DNA of 13,636 nucleotides from Escherichia coli (GTDB lineage Bacteria; Pseudomonadota; Gammaproteobacteria; Enterobacterales; Enterobacteriaceae): NCBI RefSeq assembly GCF_003334315.1, contig NZ_QOWR01000080.1; one strand, 5' to 3'. Shown piece by piece: positions 1 to 6,561 of this stretch (position 1 is its first letter; each line of letters starts with the position of its first letter). The notes under the pieces were generated by a model. It saw only the letters and a program-made list of their open reading frames with translations, ran no database searches and was not told where the DNA came from. The position numbers and the translations under genes were made by a program.

Positions 1-149
1 GGTTGAGAAGCGGTGTAAGTGAACTGCAGTTGCCATGTTTTACGGCAGTGAGAGCAGAGATAGCGCTGATGTCCGGCGGTGCTTTTGCCGTTACGCACCA
101 CCCCGTCAGTAGCTGAACAGGAGGGACAGCTGATAGAAACAGAAGCCAC
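1..149 (-). CDS. insA: IS1 InsA, N-terminal part only (GTG start at 149..147; truncated by window edge)
   Basis: Minus-strand translation from the GTG gives [50 protein letters not shown], a zinc-finger-like N-terminus matching InsA. An in-frame TGA lies immediately upstream of the GTG. Confidence 0.7.
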   Translation of the reverse strand, partial: MASVSISCPSCSATDGVVRNGKSTAGHQRYLCSHCRKTWQLQFTYTASQ

Positions 150-204
150 TGGAGCACCTCAAAAACACCATCATACACTAAATCAGTAAGTTGGCATCAT
201 CACC
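1..204 (-). mobile_element. IS1 terminus (partial; element continues beyond window start); terminal inverted repeat ends at ~204
   Basis: Reverse complement of 1-204 reads GGTGATGATGCCAACTTACTGATTTAGTGTATGATGGTG...GTGGCTTCTGTTTCTATCAGCTGTCCC, which I recognise as the IS1 end plus the insA 5' region. Identification is from memory of IS1, not a search. Confidence 0.8.
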
Positions 205-279
205 GAAAGGTTAATAGACGAAAGAGTTCAGGGAATAGAAACAAGATTATCCCGTGGTTGAGGTGTCATTTCAAACTTA

Positions 280-310
280 AATTCTCCCGGTGACTATCAC
301 CGGGAGAATT
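280..310. repeat. Perfect 13-bp inverted repeat with 5-nt spacer (AATTCTCCCGGTG-ACTAT-CACCGGGAGAATT); operator or terminator-like hairpin, function unknown
   Basis: Directly visible palindrome in the noncoding stretch between the IS1 end and the first CDS. Confidence 0.6.
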
Positions 311-496
311 CAGATATGTATTATTTCAGCACTATATCACTTTCATATATGCACTGCCGGAATGTAATTTAATATCTGCACGTACCTGTTATTTTATCCC
401 ACCTATACTACCGTCCGTTTTAATCACGCATTAAATTAGCCGCAATTTTTCAGAAGATGCGACCTGCTTTTTATATTCTTTATTAAGGAATTTACC

Positions 497-1315
497 ATGA
501 AATTAGCCAGCCGCTTTGGTCGCGTAAATCAAATCCGTCGCGATCGCCCATTAACGCATGACGAACTGATGCAGTATGTCCCCAGCGTATTCGGGGAAAA
601 TAAGCACGAATCACGCAGCGAACGCTATACCTATATTCCCACCATTACCCTGCTCGATAACCTCCAGCGTGAAGGATTTCATCCTTTCTTTGCCTGCCAG
701 ACCCGCGTTCGTGATGTGGGTAAACGTGAGCATACAAAACACATGCTGCGTCTGCGCCGGGAAGACCAGATCAATCGCAACCAGGTGCCGGAAATTATTC
801 TGCTCAACAGCCATGACGGTTCCAGTTCTTATCAGATGCTGCCAGGGCTGTTCCGTTCTGTTTGTTGTAACGGACTGGTCTGCGGCGAGTCGTTTGGTGA
901 AGTACGGGTACCGCATAAAGGCAATGTGGTGGAGAAAGTGATTGAAGGCGCTTATGAAGTCCTCAGTGTTTTTGACCAGGTGGAAGAGAAACGCGATGCC
1001 ATGCAGTCGCTGATGCTGCCTCCCCCTGCGCAACAGGCGCTGGCAAAGGCGGCGCTGACGTACCGCTTTGGCGAAGAGCACCAGCCGGTGACGGAATCCC
1101 AGTTGCTGGCTCCGCGCCGCTGGCAGGATGAATCCGGCGATCTGTGGACGACCTACCAGCGTATTCAGGAGAACCTGATCAAAGGTGGTTTAAACGGGCG
1201 CACGGCAAAAGGTGGTCGCACGCACACCCGCGCCATTAAAGGCATCGACGGCGATATCAAACTCAACCGCGCCCTGTGGGTGATGGCTGAAAACATGTTG
1301 CAACTGGCCTCATAA
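497..1315 (+). CDS. DUF932-family protein (YfjQ/YafZ-like) of cryptic prophages
   Basis: 272-aa ORF with AAGGAA ribosome-binding site 7 nt upstream of the ATG. The translation ([20 protein letters not shown]...NRALWVMAE) matches my recollection of the YfjQ/YafZ paralog family. Confidence 0.7.
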   Translation: MKLASRFGRVNQIRRDRPLTHDELMQYVPSVFGENKHESRSERYTYIPTITLLDNLQREGFHPFFACQTRVRDVGKREHTKHMLRLRREDQINRNQVPEIILLNSHDGSSSYQMLPGLFRSVCCNGLVCGESFGEVRVPHKGNVVEKVIEGAYEVLSVFDQVEEKRDAMQSLMLPPPAQQALAKAALTYRFGEEHQPVTESQLLAPRRWQDESGDLWTTYQRIQENLIKGGLNGRTAKGGRTHTRAIKGIDGDIKLNRALWVMAENMLQLAS

Positions 1316-1344
1316 ACAACGCTATTAATAGTAAAGGAAATACG

Positions 1345-1818
1345 ATGTCTGAACTGATACTAACACCGGTATTTTCGGTGAGTGAACAACGCGTTATCCG
1401 CCGTGCGATGCGTCTGCTGGAGAAATATCAACGCAATCCTGGCGAATCTTTTCTTTCCTCTGACGCCACAAAAACCTGGCTGCAACTGCATCTGGCACGA
1501 CAGGAGCGGGAAATGTTTGTTGTGCTCTATCTCGATAACCAGAACCGACTGCTGGAACACGAAACGCTATTTCTCGGCACGATTAACAGCACGGAAGTAC
1601 ATCCCCGTGAGATTGTGAAATCAGCGCTACGGCACAATGCCGCAGCAGTGATCCTTGCGCATAACCATCCCTCCGGCGTGGCGGAACCCAGTCGGGCCGA
1701 CAGACTCATTACAACGAATATTGTTAAGACACTGGATTTGGTGAAAGTGAGGGTGCTGGATCATTTCATTATTGGGGCGGGGGATGTCCTCTCTTTTGCC
1801 GAACGGGGCTGGCTGTAA
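1345..1818 (+). CDS. RadC-like JAB-domain protein (YeeS/YkfG/YfjY family)
   Basis: 157-aa ORF with AAAGGAAA ribosome-binding site. It carries the JAB/MPN metalloprotease motif HNHPSG and the family-typical VLYLDNQN...HETLF...EVHPREIV segment. Confidence 0.8.
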   Translation: MSELILTPVFSVSEQRVIRRAMRLLEKYQRNPGESFLSSDATKTWLQLHLARQEREMFVVLYLDNQNRLLEHETLFLGTINSTEVHPREIVKSALRHNAAAVILAHNHPSGVAEPSRADRLITTNIVKTLDLVKVRVLDHFIIGAGDVLSFAERGWL

Positions 1819-2153
1819 TGCTGCAAAAGGACAAGGTCATGCAACAAGAATGGGGGCTTCCCTGTACCGTAACACCACGCTTCACTGCTCGACTGGTACA
1901 GGAAAGACATAACCTGCATTACCTGGCTGATCGGGCCGCAATCACCGGGAAATTCAGCTCCCCGGATCTGCTGCATATCGACCAGGCTTTTCCGGTGCTG
2001 ATGAAACAACTGGAGCTGAAACTGGCTGACGGTGAACTCTCCGCCTGCCAAAAACGTACCGTCACGCTATACGCCAAAGGACTAACCTGCGAAGCCGATA
2101 CGCTGGGTTCCTGTGGTTACGTCTATATCGCTATTTATCCCACTCAACGCTGA
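1818..2153 (+). CDS. CbeA/YeeU-family antitoxin (type IV toxin-antitoxin, cytoskeleton-bundling enhancer family)
   Basis: 111-aa ORF whose ATG overlaps the RadC stop (TAATG). WGLPCTVTPRFTARLVQE...HYLADRA...DQAFPVLMKQLE...TVTLYAKGLTCEADTLGSCGYVY matches YeeU/YfjZ/YafW as I recall them. Start could instead be the internal ATG at 1839. Confidence 0.75.
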   Translation: MLQKDKVMQQEWGLPCTVTPRFTARLVQERHNLHYLADRAAITGKFSSPDLLHIDQAFPVLMKQLELKLADGELSACQKRTVTLYAKGLTCEADTLGSCGYVYIAIYPTQR

Positions 2154-2183
2154 GTTTTAACCTCCTTAATACGGAACATCGTT

Positions 2184-2525
2184 ATGAAAATTATTCCTGC
2201 AACGACGCTGCGGGCGACGACGTCATATCTGTCGCCCGTCGTGGTCTGGCAAACATTACTGACCCGCCTGCTGGAGCAGCACTACGGGCTGAATCTTAAT
2301 GACACACCATTCAACAATGAAAAGGTGATTCAGGAACACATAGACGCCGGGATCACTCTGGTCGATGCCGTCAATTTTCTGGTGGAGAAGTACGAATTGA
2401 TCCGTATCGACAGGAAAGGATTTAGCTGGCAGGAACAGACGCCTTATCTTCGTGCAGTCGATATTTTGCGGGCGCGGCAGGCTACAGGTCTGCTGCGTCG
2501 CAGCCATAACACCACGGCACGGTGA
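2184..2525 (+). CDS. CbtA/YeeV-family toxin (FtsZ/MreB-targeting type IV toxin)
   Basis: 113-aa ORF directly downstream of the antitoxin. [19 protein letters not shown]...[25 protein letters not shown]...[11 protein letters not shown] matches the YeeV/YkfI/YpjF family. Confidence 0.8.
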   Translation: MKIIPATTLRATTSYLSPVVVWQTLLTRLLEQHYGLNLNDTPFNNEKVIQEHIDAGITLVDAVNFLVEKYELIRIDRKGFSWQEQTPYLRAVDILRARQATGLLRRSHNTTAR

Positions 2526-2639
2526 ATCTGCGAGTCTCCTTCCCGATTTACATCGCCAAAATTACTTCTCTCATAACTCCCTGCATAATGCGCCTGCTGT
2601 TCATGGCTGGCGCATTTGCTTTTATACGGACAAAAGATT

Positions 2640-3473
2640 ATGCAAACAGAAGCTGAAGTCTTAACCGATCATAACGAGCTAATTTGCTCGACCAGTATTG
2701 AGCGTATCGTGACGGGTCGTGATGCTGCGTTGAGTCTGATAGAAATCCTGATCCATAAGCTTGATGATATCTCACGGCTAACCTCCAGCATCGGTGGTGA
2801 TGTGGCGGAGCATTGGGCGATGCGTCAGGGCCATTCCTTCGACTGCTGGCTGGTGCAGCCGGTGGATAAAGCCATGCCGGTGATCACCCGAAATATCGAT
2901 CGCAGCATCTGGCGCGATCTCATGCTGAAGTCTGGGATGTTGACTCTGATGGATGCCGAAGCTCGCAGTCAGTGGGCAAAGAATCTGGAGGAGGGTGATC
3001 TCCCGGCGATTAGCGAAGCCAACATCCTGAGTACCTTTGAACAACTTCACCACAATAAGCAGGATGTTTTCGAACGTGGGATTATCAATGTATTTAAGGG
3101 ATTGAGCTGGGACTACAAAACCAATAATCCCTGTTATTTCGGTAAGAAGATTATCGTTAACAATCTGGTGAAGCATGACAGATGGGGCTACAGCCTGAAC
3201 TGGGGCTGGCGGCGAGATCAGCTTGCCGATCTGGAGCGTATGCTCTATTTGCTGGATGGCAAACCTATCCCCGATAACCGGCATGATGTCTCCATCCGGT
3301 TTATGGATTTTGTGCGCGATAATCCGCATCAGCAGATTTTCGAAGATGAGTTGTTCACTATTCGCTACTTTCAGAAGGGCAGTGGGCATATCACTTTCAA
3401 ACGCCTGGATCTGGTGGAGAAGATGAATGATATCGTGGCGAAGCACTTTCCGAGGATGTTGCCTGCGAAATGA
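2640..3473 (+). CDS. DUF4942-like protein (the full-length YeeW-type gene that usually follows cbtA)
   Basis: Long ORF following the toxin on the same strand. ATG at 2640 preferred over the TTG at 2616 given in the ORF track. Family assignment is from recollection of gene order, with moderate certainty. Confidence 0.55.
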   Translation: MQTEAEVLTDHNELICSTSIERIVTGRDAALSLIEILIHKLDDISRLTSSIGGDVAEHWAMRQGHSFDCWLVQPVDKAMPVITRNIDRSIWRDLMLKSGMLTLMDAEARSQWAKNLEEGDLPAISEANILSTFEQLHHNKQDVFERGIINVFKGLSWDYKTNNPCYFGKKIIVNNLVKHDRWGYSLNWGWRRDQLADLERMLYLLDGKPIPDNRHDVSIRFMDFVRDNPHQQIFEDELFTIRYFQKGSGHITFKRLDLVEKMNDIVAKHFPRMLPAK

Positions 3474-3525
3474 GATGTGATGTTTTTATAGGCACCTCTA
3501 TGCTAATATTAATAGGAGTTATTAA

Positions 3526-3798
3526 ATGTTATTAAACGAGGTAATCCCTATGGGTTCGCTTACTAAACAAACCATCAGCGCGCAGATACCTATTGAATTG
3601 GCCGCTGCTGTTGAGAATCTGGCAATTGAGTTAGATCGTTCTAAAAGCTGGATTATTAAGGAAGCGTTGACCAGTATGCTGGCCGAAAGAGAACGGCGTC
3701 ACCAGAGCATCCAGGCCGGTCTTGCTGATGTGGATGCCGGTCGTGTGATGAGCCACTCGGACATGGTGGATTTTGCTAATCGCTTAAAGAAATCCTGA
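3526..3798 (+). CDS. Ribbon-helix-helix (CopG/ParD-like) antitoxin
   Basis: Small ORF with AGGAG 8 nt upstream of ATG 3526; alternative ATG at 3550 has a GAGG site. N-terminal beta-strand-like segment (ISAQIPIELAAAVENLAIELDRSKSWIIKEAL) is typical of RHH DNA-binding antitoxins. Its stop lies 3 nt before the next ORF. Confidence 0.65.
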   Translation: MLLNEVIPMGSLTKQTISAQIPIELAAAVENLAIELDRSKSWIIKEALTSMLAERERRHQSIQAGLADVDAGRVMSHSDMVDFANRLKKS

Positions 3799-3801
3799 TA
3801 A

Positions 3802-4077
3802 ATGGAAATTTACTGGACGCTTAAAGCTCAGGATGACCTTGAGCGTATCTATCGTTTCGCCCTTCAGTATAGCCGCCAGCACGCCGATGACGTTTTGGAT
3901 CGCCTGATTACTGGTTGTGCTGGTCTTACAGCACATCCGGCAATTGGTGTACAGCAGACTCGGTATGAACCTCGGGAAGTCCGAAAAGTGTTATTTGATG
4001 ATTATGAGGTCCACTACGAACTTCGTGACAATGACATTTATATCGTGGATCTCTGGCATACCAGAGAAGAACGATGA
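3802..4077 (+). CDS. ParE/RelE-superfamily toxin
   Basis: 91-aa ORF translationally coupled to the upstream RHH gene. Size and sequence character (MEIYWTLKAQDDLERIYRF...YIVDLWHTRE) fit ParE-like toxins. Confidence 0.65.
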   Translation: MEIYWTLKAQDDLERIYRFALQYSRQHADDVLDRLITGCAGLTAHPAIGVQQTRYEPREVRKVLFDDYEVHYELRDNDIYIVDLWHTREER

Positions 4078-4090
4078 AGAGCAGCTCTTC
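4076..4090 (+). other. Short palindrome GAAGAGCAGCTCTTC overlapping the ParE-like stop codon; possible weak stem-loop
   Basis: Visible inverted repeat. Followed ~35 nt later by T-rich direct repeats, so terminator function is uncertain. Confidence 0.3.
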
Positions 4091-4125
4091 ACATTAGCGA
4101 GTATAGCCTACTAGCTAAAACTCAT

Positions 4126-4156
4126 TTTTGTGTTTTTTACTCTTTTTTGTGTTTTA
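4126..4156 (+). promoter_or_regulatory. Two T-rich direct repeats (TTTTTGTGTTTT, 17 nt apart) upstream of the HTH gene; candidate operator/promoter region
   Basis: Direct repeat visible at 4126-4139 and 4143-4156, about 40 nt upstream of the ATG at 4194 and its GAGGGGG ribosome-binding site. Confidence 0.35.
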
Positions 4157-4193
4157 ATGATATCCATTACTTCTTGGCAAGTGAGGGGGCATC

Positions 4194-4982
4194 ATGCAAA
4201 ACAAAATCAAAGAACTTCGTACTCAACTATCAATCACTCAGCGTGAATTGGCAGATATGGTTGGTACCAGCCAACAACAGATCCAACGTATAGAGACAGG
4301 GAAAGTTGCGGCCAGGTTAGGACTGGCGCAGGCGATAAGTGCTGTTTTAAAGAAACCATTAAATGCGGTTTTTCCTGGTAACGATACTTTATTGCAAAAA
4401 GTGCGCAACCAAAGTAGCCGTAGTGATGATGATCTGAAAAGCATCGCCGATAGTGGTATTGAAATGGATGGCTGCATTTGGACGGTGAAACTCTGGTTAC
4501 GAGGGCAGCAAGATTATTTACTCTTACCTATTTCCCCTGCTGATAAGCGTCGTTTTTACTCATACTTTCAGGAAAGAGCAGCGCCTGATTATGAGCATTT
4601 CTTTGTTTTCGACTCTGAACAGCATCGTTATGCCTTAAATGCCCGAGAGGTGATTTTCCACCAATTCTTGTTTGATGGTTTTCCACCTATCCCTGATGAA
4701 GAGGCAAATGAAGAAAGATATGGGAATGTCCATATCACCATGGTGAATGGTGGTCCGGTTATTGAGCTTTACTGTGAGCCAGATGAGTCCGAGGACGAAA
4801 GTGATGGCGATATCGGTCAGTTGAATGCATTTTTTGACATTCTGGAATCAGAGCCTGAATCAACAGAGCGATATCAGTTAACCGACATAGATGGAGAAGA
4901 TGCTTTTATCCGTATTGGGTCTATTGCGATGGTGCGGGTCGCGCTTGACGCGTTAGAACCTGTGGAAGACGATGAAGAGTAA
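4194..4982 (+). CDS. XRE-family helix-turn-helix protein with a ~190-aa C-terminal domain of unknown function and an acidic tail
   Basis: 262-aa ORF with strong GAGGGGG ribosome-binding site. N-terminus (IKELRTQLSITQRELADMVGTSQQQIQRIETGK) is a classic Cro/cI-type HTH. The C-terminal part is not recognised by me and ends in acidic runs (EPDESEDESDGD, EPVEDDEE). Confidence 0.7.
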   Translation: MQNKIKELRTQLSITQRELADMVGTSQQQIQRIETGKVAARLGLAQAISAVLKKPLNAVFPGNDTLLQKVRNQSSRSDDDLKSIADSGIEMDGCIWTVKLWLRGQQDYLLLPISPADKRRFYSYFQERAAPDYEHFFVFDSEQHRYALNAREVIFHQFLFDGFPPIPDEEANEERYGNVHITMVNGGPVIELYCEPDESEDESDGDIGQLNAFFDILESEPESTERYQLTDIDGEDAFIRIGSIAMVRVALDALEPVEDDEE

Positions 4983-5102
4983 TTTTTGAGCTAGCTAAGA
5001 TCTCAGAGAATTGCGTTGAGTATACATGTGAGTATATATGGCGGTTCTCTTATTTTTCAATTTCAATTATTTCAGTTGGTTACGTCGAGAATAGCGGTGC
5101 GG

Positions 5103-5140
5103 CCTTCGCACCTTCGCACCTTCGCACCTTCGCACCATCG
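5103..5140. repeat. Tandem 8-bp repeat (CCTTCGCA x4, followed by degenerate CCATCGGA)
   Basis: Directly visible at 5103-5140 in noncoding DNA. Confidence 0.85.
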
Positions 5141-5150
5141 GAACATCAAT

Positions 5151-5173
5151 AGACGTCAACGGACGTTTTTTTT
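5151..5173 (+). terminator. Weak intrinsic-terminator-like element: 5-bp stem (ACGTC/GACGT) followed by T8
   Basis: AGACGTCAACGGACGTTTTTTTT; short stem but a long T tract, downstream of the HTH gene. Confidence 0.3.
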
Positions 5174-5339
5174 ATGACTGAAATCCGCGCCACACAAGGC
5201 TTTTCGCTATTTTTCGCTCAACCTAAGTCAACCTACATCAACTTACTGATGTGGATACAGCTACAGCTGCGGCTATATCCCGATTCGATAATGTTTGTAC
5301 CCACACAAAACCCTTGAAAGGCTACAAGGCTGAAATTGT

Positions 5340-5525
5340 CTAAACCATAGAGATGATTTTTATGATCCAGTCTTTCTCTTGTTGAGATAGTTCCAGTTTG
5401 CTCACTCGTGTTAAGAAGGTATTGATCACCTGAACATCCGAATTGGTGAGCCTATTTAATAGAGCGGGTGGTATACCTTTACTAACAATTGCTTTGCGGT
5501 GACTTTCGTAGTTTTTATTACTCAT
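5340..5525 (-). CDS. Hypothetical small protein (61 aa)
   Basis: Minus-strand ORF with GAGGA 7 nt upstream of its ATG. No recognisable family. Confidence 0.35.
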   Translation of the reverse strand: MSNKNYESHRKAIVSKGIPPALLNRLTNSDVQVINTFLTRVSKLELSQQEKDWIIKIISMV

Positions 5526-5590
5526 TGGTGATCCTCAAATATCATTGTATGGCGGCATTGATCGTTTCCAGCAACCTTTACTTACTCACT

Positions 5591-5824
5591 TCAAACTGCA
5601 TCCTCGTAGACTGTTCCACTACAATAATCGAAAAGGCGCGGATGTCCATTCAGGTATCCCGCTAATACGTATAGCAATAACAATGGTTTATGCGGTGCGC
5701 GCTGTTCACCCTTATGCCAGATTTTTATATTGGCAATTGCCTGCTGTAGCGATTTACTGGAAGCCATTGATATCCCTGGCAGTGAAATAATTGCGATCAT
5801 GCTCGCAAATTTTCTGCTGTTCAA
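5591..5824 (-). CDS. Hypothetical small protein (77 aa from TTG at 5824, or 69 aa from ATG at 5800); contains motif APHKPLLLLYVL; possibly a remnant of a larger gene
   Basis: Minus-strand ORF divergent from the HNH gene. The motif resembles N-termini of proteins I cannot place confidently. The ORF is short and directly followed by the second small ORF, which would fit a decayed gene. Confidence 0.3.
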   Translation of the reverse strand: MNSRKFASMIAIISLPGISMASSKSLQQAIANIKIWHKGEQRAPHKPLLLLYVLAGYLNGHPRLFDYCSGTVYEDAV

Positions 5825-5903
5825 GCCTGCAAGTGAAGATATATTACCTTGATCTCATTTGTTTTTTTGCTGCTTGTTCTGAGAACGTATAAGGACATTC
5901 TCC

Positions 5904-6554
5904 ATGAATAAACTCCCCGATCATCTTCCTCGGCGGTATATCATCAAAGCTATTCATTTATGGGATGCGGGAGAAACTCATCAGTTCCAGCCTGCACGGT
6001 TGTATGAGATTGAATATCATGGCCGACGTTACCCCTCGAAGGCGATTGCTGGTATCGCAGCGACATTGATGACGGGGACGCAATTTACCCCTGCGGATTT
6101 CACCGGCGGAATAAAATCTAAATGCGTCAAGCTACTTATAGATCAGGGATTTCATATTCATCAGGATAAAGCCGCTGCGGCTCCCATAGCCGATGTTCTG
6201 TTCCCGGATGAGTTGCCGTCGCAGGGGACCTACGTTGAAGGTGCGGCGATAAAGGTGACGGTAAACCGCTATGAACGCGATAAAAAAGCTCGCGAGAAAG
6301 CAGTCGAACATCACGGATGCCAGTGCAACGTATGCGGCGTTGATCTGGTGAAGATCTATGGCGATATCGCTGAGGGTTTTATCCATATGCATCACCTGGT
6401 GCCGCTTTCAGCCATTAAAGAGGATTACCAGCTGGATCCAGTTAATGATTTACTTCCTGTGTGCCCTAATTGCCATGCGATGCTGCACCGGCGCAAACCA
6501 CCGTTTACGCCGGAGGAGTTAAAAGCGCTGATGGATGCGAATAAATCAAATTAA
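5904..6554 (+). CDS. HNH endonuclease with an N-terminal non-catalytic (putative DNA-recognition) domain
   Basis: 216-aa ORF with AAGGA ribosome-binding site. C-terminal part has paired Cys and His motifs typical of HNH nucleases (CQCNVCG...HMHHLVPLS...CPNCHAMLH). The N-terminal ~120 aa is a separate domain I cannot name. Confidence 0.75.
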   Translation: MNKLPDHLPRRYIIKAIHLWDAGETHQFQPARLYEIEYHGRRYPSKAIAGIAATLMTGTQFTPADFTGGIKSKCVKLLIDQGFHIHQDKAAAAPIADVLFPDELPSQGTYVEGAAIKVTVNRYERDKKAREKAVEHHGCQCNVCGVDLVKIYGDIAEGFIHMHHLVPLSAIKEDYQLDPVNDLLPVCPNCHAMLHRRKPPFTPEELKALMDANKSN

Positions 6555-6561
6555 TGAACGC

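Noticed and set aside
576-1081. ORFs of 121 aa (plus) and 156 aa (minus) overlapping the DUF932 gene
   Set aside because: Alternative-frame or antisense overlaps of a gene with a recognisable family match and good ribosome-binding site.
2778-3446. 222-aa minus-strand ORF antisense to the DUF4942-like gene
   Set aside because: Shadow ORF on the opposite strand of a better-supported gene that fits the operon; His/Ile-rich odd composition.
3917-4114. 65-aa ORF overlapping the 3' end of the ParE-like gene
   Set aside because: Alternative-frame overlap without ribosome-binding site; the ParE-like frame is better supported by coupling to the antitoxin.
4238-4477. 79-aa minus-strand ORF inside the HTH gene
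   Set aside because: Antisense to a well-supported CDS; no ribosome-binding site.
5103-5140. Possible CRISPR array
   Set aside because: Repeat units are 8 bp and contiguous with no spacers, and no cas genes are present. It is a microsatellite-type tandem repeat.
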